A stretch of DNA of 64,000 nt. Origin: Marsupella aquatica (lineage: Eukaryota > Plantae > Marchantiophyta). The stretch's first letter is position 1; each line of letters starts with the position of its first letter. The translations under genes and the position numbers were made by a program. The stretch spans positions 4,653,241 through 4,717,240 of the forward strand of contig OZ316899.1 in NCBI GenBank assembly GCA_973895155.1, given 5' to 3'. Below, piece by piece: positions 35,501 through 46,855 of this stretch. A model generated the notes under the pieces. The model had not been told where the DNA came from, did no database searches, and saw nothing but the letters and a program-made list of their open reading frames with translations.

Positions 35501-38500
35501 ACTAGCCGAGTTGGTCCCTTCCTTGGTGTCCATAGATTGTCCCCTTGCCGGTCTATCCGGTTTTGAATTGGTGGTCGGCTCCCCTTCCTGCCTTGGCTCT
35601 GGATTGTGTCTGAGCATCTCATCCACCTCTTGCTCCTGAGGGTCAGGCCGCTGTGCTCTCCCGGCTTCTAATAGGGCCTCAATTTGTTCTGCCCTCGTAA
35701 TCGGCTTGTATGCCGATCCCTTGGTATTTAATTCCTTGCCGATGATCGATGGCATTGTGAACCCTGCCGGCTCTGCCACAACGCCTGCAGAAAATCCACT
35801 GTCCCTGCTACTGCTCCCCACTTAGCCGTTTCATCCAATTGGTCTACATCCTTTACTTCCTCCGGAATTGCAGCTAAAAAGGTGGATTCTATTGTAAAGC
35901 AGTCCTCGACCTCTTCGTCTTCTTCTTCTAAGTCACCTTCCATTGGTTCTTGCCATAATCCGCTGGGGGGTACCTCCGGTCCAAAGACACTTTCTTCGGT
36001 TAGGTCAGTGAGGCATTCTAACCAACGTACTTCATCGGCTGACTCCAGTCCACTGTCGTACCCATCTACTTCCCTTATGCTTTTCCTACGGTCATCCTTA
36101 GTGTCCCAGGATACCGTGATAGAGGGGGTCCCGAAAGTGAACTGCTTTTTACCCCAATCTTCTATTACCTCGGCTAGGTACAGCCATGGCCTACCAATCA
36201 ATAGCCGGAATGACGTAGGATTTACCGGCTTCATTACCACATAGTTAATGCTAAAAAAGATACCTCCTATCTCTGTCTTGATGCCGGTTAACACTCCCGT
36301 GGGAATGACCTGATATCCATTGGCCATGTTCAACACTCTTCCAGTCATCTCCGGTGTTAGACCCCATCCTTTTGCTGTTGAATCAATCATAATACATACC
36401 CCTGATCCTCCATCGATGGGTACCCGTAGTAATAATTCTCCTTGAATCATTAATGGTAATGCTGGGGCTCCTTGATCTTCTTCTATCATTAGTACGTCGG
36501 ATCTGGTTGCTACCTTGGGTAATCTCGGCTTGCCGAGAATAGCCTTCCTTAATTGCTTCCGGAAGTACGGGCTATTTTTCAATAGTTGACCTACTGTTGC
36601 CGAGACTCTAGATTCTAGTACATCTTTAGCCAGGTCATAGGGAACAATCGGCTTCTCCTCTGGTGGTGTCTCCGTCTTGGATTCGGCCAGTTTTGCCACG
36701 CTAGTCTCCACAGCTGTTGGGTCCTCCGAAGCAAACAATGCTTTTGCTCGTTTCACATCCTTGGCAATGGCTTCGGTATTCTCCAGGGTTTCTAATTCTC
36801 TCAATTGTTCCTTAACACTAGCCGTAACAGAGGGGTAGAACAACTTAGGATGATCTCGATTGAAGTCGCTATCTTGTGAAGGATTGGGTTCACTGGTGGG
36901 CTCATGGCTTACCTGTATTGCCGGAGCCCTCCCTTCTCCTTCCGTTGATGTTGACGAAGAGTCGATCTTTTCCTCCGTAACCTTCCCTTTATTTTTGGCC
37001 AGCCCATCCCACCTTTCCTTCCTTCTGGTAGATCGAGTAGAGACCCGGTAGCAATCATGATCTAAATCCTCTTCTGAGAAGGTTGATAGGGCTTCGGCCT
37101 CATCATCAGATGGTACGAACTCTGCCTCGGCATCCTCTTGCCATCCTAGTTCGATGTGGTTGATTTGAACTCCTCCGGGGGTAGTACCTGGCGGTAAGAC
37201 CTTGACCAGCAAAAGTTTATGATTTGCGGCCAGGCCTGCCAACCAAGTAGGACATTGGCCTAGCATATGACCTTCCCTAAACATAGCTGAGCTGGTTGTC
37301 CATCACCCTGTTTGCGTGCATTCGGGCATTCTCTAGCAAAATGGCCAGGTTGACCACAATTATAGCATGCCGCAAATCTTTGCACATTCGGCCTAGGAGG
37401 TACAGATGGGTTTTGAATAATCCGAGGATACATCTCTCCTGGATTGTTCCTTAACCCTGACCACAGGGATGCAGGTCTGTTGGATAGGTCTCGTGCTCCA
37501 GTCTCACTGATGCCGAGAACACTATCAGCGGCATCTCCTAAAAAGTACTCTACTTCTCCCTGACTTGGTCTGATCTCGGCCACATGCCAAACATGATTAG
37601 TATTAAGCTTAGGACACGCATCTTTATGGTGTCCGGTTTTATAACATAAGGCACACCATACAGAGCTATCCTCCTGTACTACCTTCTTCTTTGGTTTTAC
37701 CTCTGCAATTATAGCCTTAAGTTGCTCTGTAAGGGCTACAATGTTATCTGGTGGCTTAGCCTCCAGCTTGACTTTCGTCTTCCCTCTCCTTCTGCCCTTC
37801 CTTTTCCTAGTTTTTTCTTCTTCAGAACTAGAAGATGACTCACTCTTGCTACTTCCACTATCCGAGCTTCAGTTATCACTTCTTGACTTCTTAGAATGTT
37901 TCTTCTTCTTATCTTTTTTCTTATGGGGTGATCCCTCCTCTGATGAGGAACTCTCAGACTTAAGCTGTTTCTTCCGGCTTGTGATATCTGCATTAATGTA
38001 TAATTGAATATCCTTAATTGCTTTGGCTAAAGTCTCCGGGTTCTCCTTCCTAATTGCAAAACTCATCTTCTGTGGCAAAGCATTCACCAACCATTGAAGT
38101 TGCATACTTTCAGATGCATTGGTCTTTGTACGTCTTACCAATTTCTGAAAGCGTTGCAAGAACTTCCTGAAGGATTTGTTCTCCTTGAACCGAAGTCGTC
38201 CCAACTTCAGCACTACTAGTTCTGAAGTTCCAATAGGTCGAAACTCCTTAACAAAGAGTGTTTTGAAGATATCCCAGATGGCTTGATCTTCCACATCTAA
38301 TGCTCTGTACCAAGGCCTAGCCTCACCCTTGAACAGGCCAGGAAGAATCTGCATCTTGATGGCCGATTCTCCATTTGCTGCAGCGGTTCCCTCGAAATCA
38401 TCCAACCATTCGTCCGGATCCTCATCTCCTCTCCCATGAAATGCCTTGTAATGTATGCGCGACCGTTGGCTCAGTCTGGTCCCTGGCCTCTCGTCTGGTC

Positions 38501-38711
38501 GTGCCTCTGGTTCCCCCATGTCGGTTGGAGACTCACTTCTCCTTACCGACTCTTCTTCTGGTAAGTCTTCTTCGACGCCACTTCCAGTTTTGGAGCTACC
38601 AGCTCTTTCTGCCCCTCTCAGTCGCTGTGTATCATGCCACCCGGCGAGCTGCTGCAGTCCAGCTCTCTCCCGTTGAATCACTCTTTCTTCCCTCGGCGTA
38701 AGGTCAGTCAT
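32554..38711 (-). pseudogene. gag-pol: gag-pol of C, with stops and frameshifts
   Basis: Fragments: gag DEDPDEWLDDFE, CYNCGQPGHFAREC, IDGGSGV, IFIDDF, VFVDVSG, WGIDY/SDRG/GLTER; ends ASQLSGELCDA inside the LTR. Confidence 0.95.
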
Positions 38712-38758
38712 TACCTACGCTTCCTTTCTAACTTCATATCTCACGGCTTAAGAAATGC

Positions 38759-38776
38759 CCCCTCCATCTAGCGCCA
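38759..38776 (-). promoter_or_regulatory. Primer-binding site of C, tRNA-Asn type
   Basis: Minus strand TGGCGCTAGATGGAGGGG, 4 nt from the LTR; near-complement of the plant tRNA-Asn 3' end (TGGCGCTAGAAGGAGGG), as recalled. Confidence 0.72.
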
Positions 38777-39799
38777 AAAATGTGGTGCGTCCCATGGCTC
38801 CCTAAACCCAAGAAACCCCCCAGCTCAAGCCGATTCCCGCAGGTTTCACGCTTGGCGAGGCCGTTTCCGCGGCTTAGCGGCATGGGACGCTGCTAACCTT
38901 CTACTATTACTATTAACATTTTACACACATATACTGGACAGATCCTTCATCGGGTCATGAGATACGTAGCCGGCCTAATCTAGGCCTTCCCTCGTCTTCC
39001 CCTCCGTCTTGTTAGGTATGTTTGGATTCCGCCGCCGGAATGATCCCCAATAGGCTTGGTTAAGCCGCTAAGACCTCTCTCAGCTCGACACATCCAACTC
39101 TCACCCCCCTGCTTACTTTCCTTCCTTCTGGTTGATGTGGGCACTCTTCACACAAGTTAATGCGACACACAAATAGCAAAATGACTCATTCTGACTGAGT
39201 CATACCATGCACTTGCCATACAAACAGTACATCTCATACACAAGCTCTACGAACTAAGCCGTGAGGCCGACTCTATTCAGCTCTTAGGCATGAGGAAACA
39301 TGAATATACACAAGGGTCACTGTATGACTAACCGAGAGCTTCTCTTACTACTTGATCCCAGCCCGGCTGGTGCAAACTAAAAACTTGCTAAAGAAGAGGC
39401 CCTGAGCTCCCCGCTGCCCAGGTACTTATCCTGGTAGTGGATCCGCCTAATTCTTTGCAGCGTAAGCCTAATCTACCTAACAGTAATCTACTTGCCCGGA
39501 TCTACCTATGTACAGCAAGGCAGGAGCACAAGTGTTGCTCCTACCAGTGGAACCGCAATCCCACTAAGCTAAGTGTCAGGGCCGCTCCTGGTCCTGATCC
39601 TAATCCTAAACTTGGAGATCAGCGCCCGCCCTGCCCACTCACGCCTCCTCCCTCCACGTTTGCCCTTCCTAAAAGGAACGGCGCCCTTGCACCGTCACGA
39701 CACCGGTGGTGGATCCTCAATGGACGCCCCCAGTGCTTCCTCCTCAGCCACTGCCGTAGGTTCGTTTTCTGATAGATTACCTGCCCTTGACTGAGTCAA

Positions 39800-42700
39800 C
39801 TATCCATCGGCCTGACTGGGTCCACCATCGGCGTCGGCATCGGCTCGGGAATCATTCTCGGCTACGGCCTCAGCCTCGGCTATGGTCTCCCCGGCCTGCT
39901 CAAGAGGCGGATCTGGGATACCGGCCTCATTACTGAGTAGTTCGGCTTGGGCCGCACCACCCCCACCTGTGATGATAGCGGGATCTATTGCCGTATTCAT
40001 GCCGGAGGATGGTGCTGGGTCTACCTCCTTGGTCACCACGGCTTGTGGAGTCGGATTACTCCTTGACCCTGAAGGTTTCCGCTTCTTCTTCTTTTCTGGT
40101 TCGGCAGCTGGTCCCTTCCCCTTCCCACTTACTTCCAGCACTGGTGCAGGTGGCGCGGCTTTTTCTTCTTCCAGTACCACTCCTGGTAACTTGGTTGCCC
40201 CAATTGGAGTTGGGCCTGATGAAGACAAGCACTTAAATACTGCGGCTTGTTTCTTCAGCCGCTCCGTTTGGTTGTCGGCCCGCCGCTGGAGGTTCTCCAT
40301 CTTCCTCGTGATTTCCTCCAACTCCTCCTGGGTCTCATCCAGGTCCTTGCGCGCCTCCTCTAGTTCCTTTTGGGCTTCCTCCCGTTCTTTTTTCAAGGTA
40401 GTCCTCTCCTCCCGGGTTGCTCTTAGCTCCTTGTCGAGCTCTGCAATGATGACAGACTCCATCTGGTTCATCTTGGCGTAAGTCTGATCGAGCATCTCGT
40501 CCTTCTCCCTTAGGTCGGCCTTGAAGCTGGCCGTCAGGGACGCAAGCTCCTGCTGCAGCGTGTGATGCCTAGACAGGAATCACTCGGCCAGTTAAGTGGG
40601 TAAAGCAGGAAGGCACCCTAGGAACACCTTAGTATAGGGACAAAACAAGGAAAATATAAACAATTAGGGGCAACCATGGAACCCGGGCCGAGGCCGGAGG
40701 TAAGGACGCTGAGGGTGAAAACTCGATTAGGGTTAGGGCGCGTTAAGCGTCGGCGGCTAGGAAGGATCAACGGGAAGAAGGACCGGCAGAGGAGAGGGGT
40801 AAGGAGCGCTTGCAGGAGATGGTGGCTCATTTGCGAGCACGAACTAGGTAGACGACTACGGGAGGCCAACTACTGTCAGCTGTTTAGGCAAGCACTCGGG
40901 GAGAGAGTAGATACCGACGATCGACCTAAGGAGGGTATGAGCAACGTCAATCAAGCGGCACATTTCTGGGGATGCCTGTTCGAACGGGCAACTGAGTACA
41001 TCAAGACTTACAAGGACGAGGAATCAGAAAGAGCAGCTCGAGAACGGTAGGAGCTCGCTCGATTGTGGGAGCTGCAGAAGACAGCTTTCTTAGGAGGCGA
41101 ACTCATCAAGGACGAGTTCCTATGGACGCCTACTTCCAATCAACTTGACGATCTTCTGTTTTGCAAAGACAGCGTCGTCGGCATCCAAGAGGCCATCAAG
41201 AACTGCAACGACATACACTGGGAATTAAAGGGTAGCACGGAAAGGTGGACCCAGGCAACGGTGCTAGGAGAAACCTCCACGGCAACAGAGATGAAGAGGA
41301 AGGGAGCCGTCAACGATGAAGCCACCCCGGCAAAAAGAACTCCATCTGGTTCATCTTGGCGTAAGTCTGTTCGAGCATCTCGTCCTTCTCCCTTAGGTCG
41401 GCCTTGAAGCTGGCCGTCAGGGACGCAAGCTCCTGCTGCAGCGCCATAATCCCTTGATAGGATTTTCCTAACTCGACCTCCTTCTGCTCAAGGGCTCCGT
41501 GAATTTTCTCGAGCTCCCCCTTCAACGCCCATTCCTTTCTTTGGGTCTCCGCCATGGCCCGGCTGTTGGCTATTATGTGGGCCTCCTCTGTATTCCTCAG
41601 CTCTCGCTTCCACTTCTCCCTCTCTTTGATCGTGTCGGCCAACTCTCCCTGCGTCTGAGTCAGTTTATCCTTGATATTCTGATTATCAGCCTGCGCGGTG
41701 TCCAACTGCCCCTACATGATGTTCAGCTCATGCCGTTTAATCCGCAGTTCATCTTGGGCTTTCTTGGCCGCCCTTAGATCTTCAATCTCGGCTTCCATCC
41801 TCCTAAGCCGCCGAATGACCTCGTCCTTCTTGCTTCTCTCTAAAGCCACCCCTTCTTCTAATTGGTGCTTCTCCAACTGCTCCCTATGGAAAAAGGGTCC
41901 TACCTCCAACTCCTCTCCAAAGATGCCGAGCGCAAGTTCCCCACACATCTCACCATACTCCATGGCTCTATTCTTAGCGTAGGTGGAGTAAGTAGAAGTG
42001 ATCGGCATCGCCCATCGCGGCCTCTGCTCCCAAGCCATCTTGCGGATCTCTTCAATCGTGGCTAGAGGTTTGCTTCCTTTTTCGGCTAGCCGCCTGATGT
42101 CCTCCGGCCAATCTCCTCCTGGTAAATCCTTTTCCCTAGCCAGGGCTGCCTCCTCTTCCTGCCTGATTCGCTCCTGAAATTCTTGCGCCGTCTGTTTTAT
42201 GCCGTCAAAGCTCGGGGGAGCAACATCTGGTGGGGGAGACTCAGGGCTACTCTGCTGGTTGGGGTCCCCTCGTACTACCCTTGGAAGTGTGGGGACAAAC
42301 CGACCACAGGTCCTTACTCCTGGAACGTGATGGTCCGACCCATAGCCGGAGTTATCATGGCTGCAGTCCTCCACTGCCTCCTCTATTTCTTGGACGTCCG
42401 GCTTCTCCCTCTCCTCTTCGTTGGTAGGAGCTTCAGGCAATTTTGCCTCAGATTCAGAGCTTGAGACTCCCACATACATTCGAACACCTGGCTTGGATTC
42501 CGGCCTGATTCTCTCCTCGTCTCCAGCAAAGGGGTTTTCTCTTGTGAGCCGGTGTAGGCCTACCTCTGGAGTAGTGTCCTGCATTGTTGCCGTTGCCGTT
42601 GCCGTTGCCGATGCCGATCTCTTTTCTTTCTCCAGTAGTTTCAGCAGACTCTGCATGCCTGGTTGCTGCATCGGCAAGTCCTCCTTCCTGGGCCTAAACA

Positions 42701-44219
42701 CCTGCTCGATCGTAGGGCTAACAGGTGGTTGAGGCTTCTCTGCTACCGGCCTCGGTTCTGGAGCTTCCTCGGGTGCCCTTACCTGCAGGGGAAGTACTGG
42801 GGCAAAAGTCTGACCTCTAGCATACCGGCACAACAGCGGCATGTGATAGCCAAGCCGCGACACGCTCCCCATGCCGATTACCTGTTGCTCCTCCTTTAAG
42901 ATCTTCTTCAATTGGTTGAGGAGGTACCCGTTGTAGTCCCGGCTTGGGTCTGGCCTTTCTGCCAGATAGACCTGTGCCTTGCCGATCTCGGCCCTCGGCA
43001 AGTTACAATGCATGGTCACCCGCAAGAAGTCGATCATCTCTCCTATGTGCGGGTTGGTGCAGGTGTTCCGGAAGAAGCCATTCTTCGTTGATGGCCCAGG
43101 GAACGACCGGAACTCCTTGTCAGGCAAGGTCTTCCTGGTATCAACTTTGGTCTTATTGCCTATCGGCAAGCCAAACACTTTGGCAATCACTTTGGGAGTA
43201 AGATAGAAATCCTTCCCATATATCCTCGTGCAATTGGTCTCGGGTTCCCATGACCCCACGAATTCTAATAGGTCTGACTCCGGTACCTCCGGCTTCAGCC
43301 ATGGTAATCTTACAAAGGCCTCTAAGCCGGATCCGGCCATGAAGCCTTGGTACTTCTTGGTCTGCATGGCCGTAAAGCATGCATCCTCCTCCCGTGCAAA
43401 ATGTAGTTGCACCTCTACCGGTAGGGTTGCCGCCCAGCCCTTCCAGGTGTCATCCCTGGTTGGAATGGCCTTGATGGGATCGACCTCCTCCTCTTCGGCT
43501 TCTCCCTGCCTCCTGCTCTGCTGCTCGGCTGGCTTCTTTGGTACCGCCGACCTCGTTCTTTTTGCCGGGGTGGCTTCATTGTTGACGGCTCCCTTCCTCT
43601 TCATCTCTGCTGCCGTGGAGGTTTCTCCTAGCACTGTTGCCTGGGTCCACCTTTCTGTGCTACCCTTCAATTCCCAGTGTATGTCGTTGCAGTTCTTGAT
43701 GGCCTCTCGGATGCCGACGACGCTGTCTTTGCAAAACAGAAGATCGTCGAGCTGATTGGAAGTAGGAGTCCACAAGAACTCGTCTTTGATGAGTTCGCCT
43801 CCTAAGAAAGCCGTCTTCTGCAGCTCCCACAATCGAGCGAGCTCCTGCCATTCTCGAGCTGCCCTTTCTGATTCCTCGTCCTCGTAAGTCTTGATGTACT
43901 CAGTTGCCCGTTCGAACAGGCATCCCCAGAAATGTGTCGCTTGACTGACGTTGCTCATACCCTCCTTAGGTCGATCGTCGGTATCTACTCTCTCCCCGAG
44001 TGCTTGCCTAAGCAGCTGACAGTAGTTGGCCTCCCGTAGTCGTCTGCCTAGTTCGTGCTCGCAAATGAGCCACCATCTCCTGCAAGCGCTCCTTACCCCT
44101 CTCCTCTTCAGGTCCTTCCTCCCGTTGATCCTTCCTAGCCGCCGACGCTTAACGCGCCCTAACCCTAATCGAGTTTTCACCCCCAGCGTCCTTACCTCCG
44201 GCCTCGGCCCGGGTTCCAT
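39800..44219 (-). pseudogene. 5' LTR copy of the C LTR-encoded ORF, broken by one stop (41712) and the inverted insert
   Basis: The 835-aa, 131-aa and 231-aa fragments match the 3' LTR copy. Confidence 0.88.
40561..41340 (+). mobile_element. Inverted 780-bp fragment of another family-C LTR (exact LTR 5' terminus)
   Basis: Starts TGTGATGCCTAGAC, the reverse complement of the end at 44334; carries SNPs absent from both C LTRs; flanked by duplication 40458-40560 / 41341-41443. Confidence 0.92.
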
Positions 44220-44339
44220 GGTTGCCCCTAATTGTTTATATTTTCCTTGTTTTGTCCCTATACTAAGGTGTTTCTAGGGTGCCTTCCTGCTTTACCCACT
44301 TAACTGGCCGAGTGATTCCTGTCTAGGCATCACATCTTG

Positions 44340-45356
44340 TAAGCTAGATTATACGAGTACACCACTGCGTACAACTTATCATCCCAATCCGTTTTGTGCG
44401 CGGCTACCATCTTGTTGAGGATCTTCCCTATGATACCATTGGCTCTCTCCGTCAGCCCGTTGGCTTTAGGATGATATGGGGTAGTCTTGCGGTGCTTGAC
44501 TAGGTAAAGCTCCGTAAGCCGTGCTACGGTATCATTGAGAAAGTGTGTTCCATGGTCGCTTACTAATTCCAAGGGAGGCCCGAACCGGGTGAAGATATGC
44601 TCGTATAAGAACCGGGCGCTTGTGGCGGCATCGTCCCTCACCGTAGCCCGTGCTTCGACCCACTTTGTGGAGTAATCTATAGCTAACAGAATGTACCTGC
44701 ATCTTTGTCTTTGGGTAACGGGAGTGAACGGCCCGATATAATCAATACCCCACTTTTCAAAAGGTGCTAAGGGAAGTATTGACGTGAGGGGGTGATGATG
44801 AGCTTGTCTTGGGGCCCAGCCCGCTGACACAGGTCACAGCCCTTGATGAAGCGCTGCACATCCCTATGGAATGTGGGCCACCAATACCCTGAGTCGAGAA
44901 TCTTTTGGGTGGTGGTGATAGCTGCAAAATGGCCCTCCTGCTTCCTCTTCATGCAAGGCCCGCATCACAATGAGAGTTTCTTTGTACTCCAGGCAACGTT
45001 GTATTTTCCCGTTAATTCCTTCCTTGTGTAAGTGGCCCCGTATCATGATGTATGGCCCCGCCTTTCGAAGGAATACGGCGGCAGCTTCCTGGTTGATGCC
45101 ATCGGGGATACGCCCAGTCATAATGAACGTAATGATTGGCCCATACCACGTTGGCGCTCCCGTCCCAACGTGGAACAATTCCTCATTGGGGAAGGTGTCG
45201 TTAATGGGTTGCTCAACCGGTACTCCGTCCAGTCTTGAAAATAAATCAGTGTTGAGGTGTACCTTCCCGGGTTGAACCTGTACTTTGTAATTAAACTCTT
45301 GCAGTAGTAACACCCACTGGGCTATCCATCTCATGACATCTGCTTTGTTTACCATG
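44340..45356 (-). pseudogene. RNaseH end and integrase core of B
   Basis: YMVNKADV..WVLLLQEF; HEEEAGG; FEKWGIDYIGP; SDHGTHF; GLTERAN; frameshifted. Confidence 0.93.
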
Positions 45357-45561
45357 TACACGCTCGCAACCCGGGCGTGCGAATGGCGACTTGCCGCCAG
45401 CCCAAACACGAACGCCCCTTATTGACTAATGATTTCCTACTCATAATGGCTACCTAAATACTATTGTTATGCTAATAATTACGGCCTAAGATACCCCTAA
45501 CGCGCGTGCTAAGCGTTGTTAGGCCAAATCACTCATTACCCACCGTACCGGCGGCATCACA
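45357..45561 (-). repeat. 205-bp remnant of 5' LTR of B
   Basis: Matches 27191-27395 with about 14 substitutions; joined directly to RNaseH sequence by a deletion. Confidence 0.9.
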
Positions 45562-46855
45562 CAAGTTCTTCTAGTGAAGGCGAGGATACAGACGATGACG
45601 TAGGGACCCACAACGACTCGGGGTCCAACAACGACTCCTCTTGCAGTCGGGGTGGGTTTTGCTAGGGCGTTGGTTCTAGCGATTCCAACGACGATTTGGA
45701 TGCTTACAAGCCAAGCTGGTGGGAAGATTAACTTACCCTGGCTACGCATCGATCGTCTGATCCTAGAGAACAAAGTAGTCCTGAGTAGATGGCCAACTCC
45801 TTTTGGTGGAGTTCGATGTTGACAGCCATGACCAGTTGTTGCAGTAATGGTAGTAATGGTAGTCAATCTTTTGCCAGCATGGTTGTCTCAGAATGTAGTG
45901 GGAGGTTACTCCTGAGTTTTTTTAAATATCTTGAAGTGTACACTTGATGTTTCTAGACTTCGTGAAGTAAATCCGATGCCTGTAAATGGAGTTTGAAACT
46001 CTTAGACATCCCCTTGACGCATTTTGCATGAGTCAGTTCATGCTTTTTGATGTTCTGTCTTATGGGAATGAGTCAATCTTTGCACCAAATGTCATTTGGA
46101 AGTCTGCAAAATGCTTGTAGTTTTTGATGGAGGGGTCTTACCAGTGACACGTTCCATATTAGCACTCGGCGCTATCATTGGAATGCTCAAAATTATACTT
46201 CTGATACCAGTGGAATTCTGAAAATATTTGTGGATATGGATGAGTTTGTATTACGCTCTCGTGGTGAGTAGCATTGAATCGAATGTCATTTATGATAGCG
46301 CCGAGCGCTAATAAACGCTTATGGATAAAACGGTTCAAATAACGTCCATTTTGTCCCTCAATGCTGGAATTCCATTTGAATTGTGTAAAAACACATATGT
46401 GGACGATTTGTTAGCGCTCGGCGCTATTGAAATTAGTAGTTTAAATCGGGTAATATGGAGTTGTTTTGCTAGCGTTTGGCGCTATCAATAAGGCCAAAAT
46501 GATCAACGGTCATATTTTAACGGTAACATTGAGGATTGCTGGTCACGCATGATATTGAGGATTGTTGTTCACATAAGACGGTTGCTGGTCCACTGGTAAT
46601 CTTCCAAGTGTTCGGATCTGTTGGTGTTACCGTTGAGCAGCACTCTAATGTGCTCGAGACTCCATCTCTTAACCTTTTGTGGGGACTTGGCACTTGTGCA
46701 AGATACGTGATTCTCTAGGAGCAGCCTGTTTGAACGTCACATTTTGTACCTGAGTCTATTACTCCGTACTGGATCAGGGGCTCTGGGAGAGTTGTACAAT
46801 AGTGTCCGACGTTCTGCTCAATGCCATCGCCATCTCTCAGTGGGGTAATACAAGG

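Larger units (their letters stand above)
27895..44334 (-). mobile_element. Ty3/gypsy LTR retrotransposon C, full length, mildly decayed, inserted in integrase of B
   Basis: TSD TCTTG (27890-27894, 44335-44339); LTR pair; PBS; PPT; gag-pol fragments. Confidence 0.96.
38781..44334 (-). repeat. 5' LTR of C (5554 bp including 780-bp inverted insert and 103-bp duplication)
   Basis: 4671+780+103=5554; TG/CA ends; TSD follows. Confidence 0.95.
8556..45561 (-). mobile_element. Ty3/gypsy LTR retrotransposon B (oldest, internally deleted), host of A and C
   Basis: TG...CA ends; TSD CAAGT at 8551-8555 and 45562-45566; 45357-45561 matches 27191-27395; RNaseH-integrase fragments. Confidence 0.93.
8280..45665 (+). 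pseudogene. Low-complexity ORF split by element B (8280-8555 joined to 45567-45665)
   Basis: Removing B and one CAAGT restores the frame: ...HQSPGHGTS|SSSEGEDTDDDVGTHND... Confidence 0.55.
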
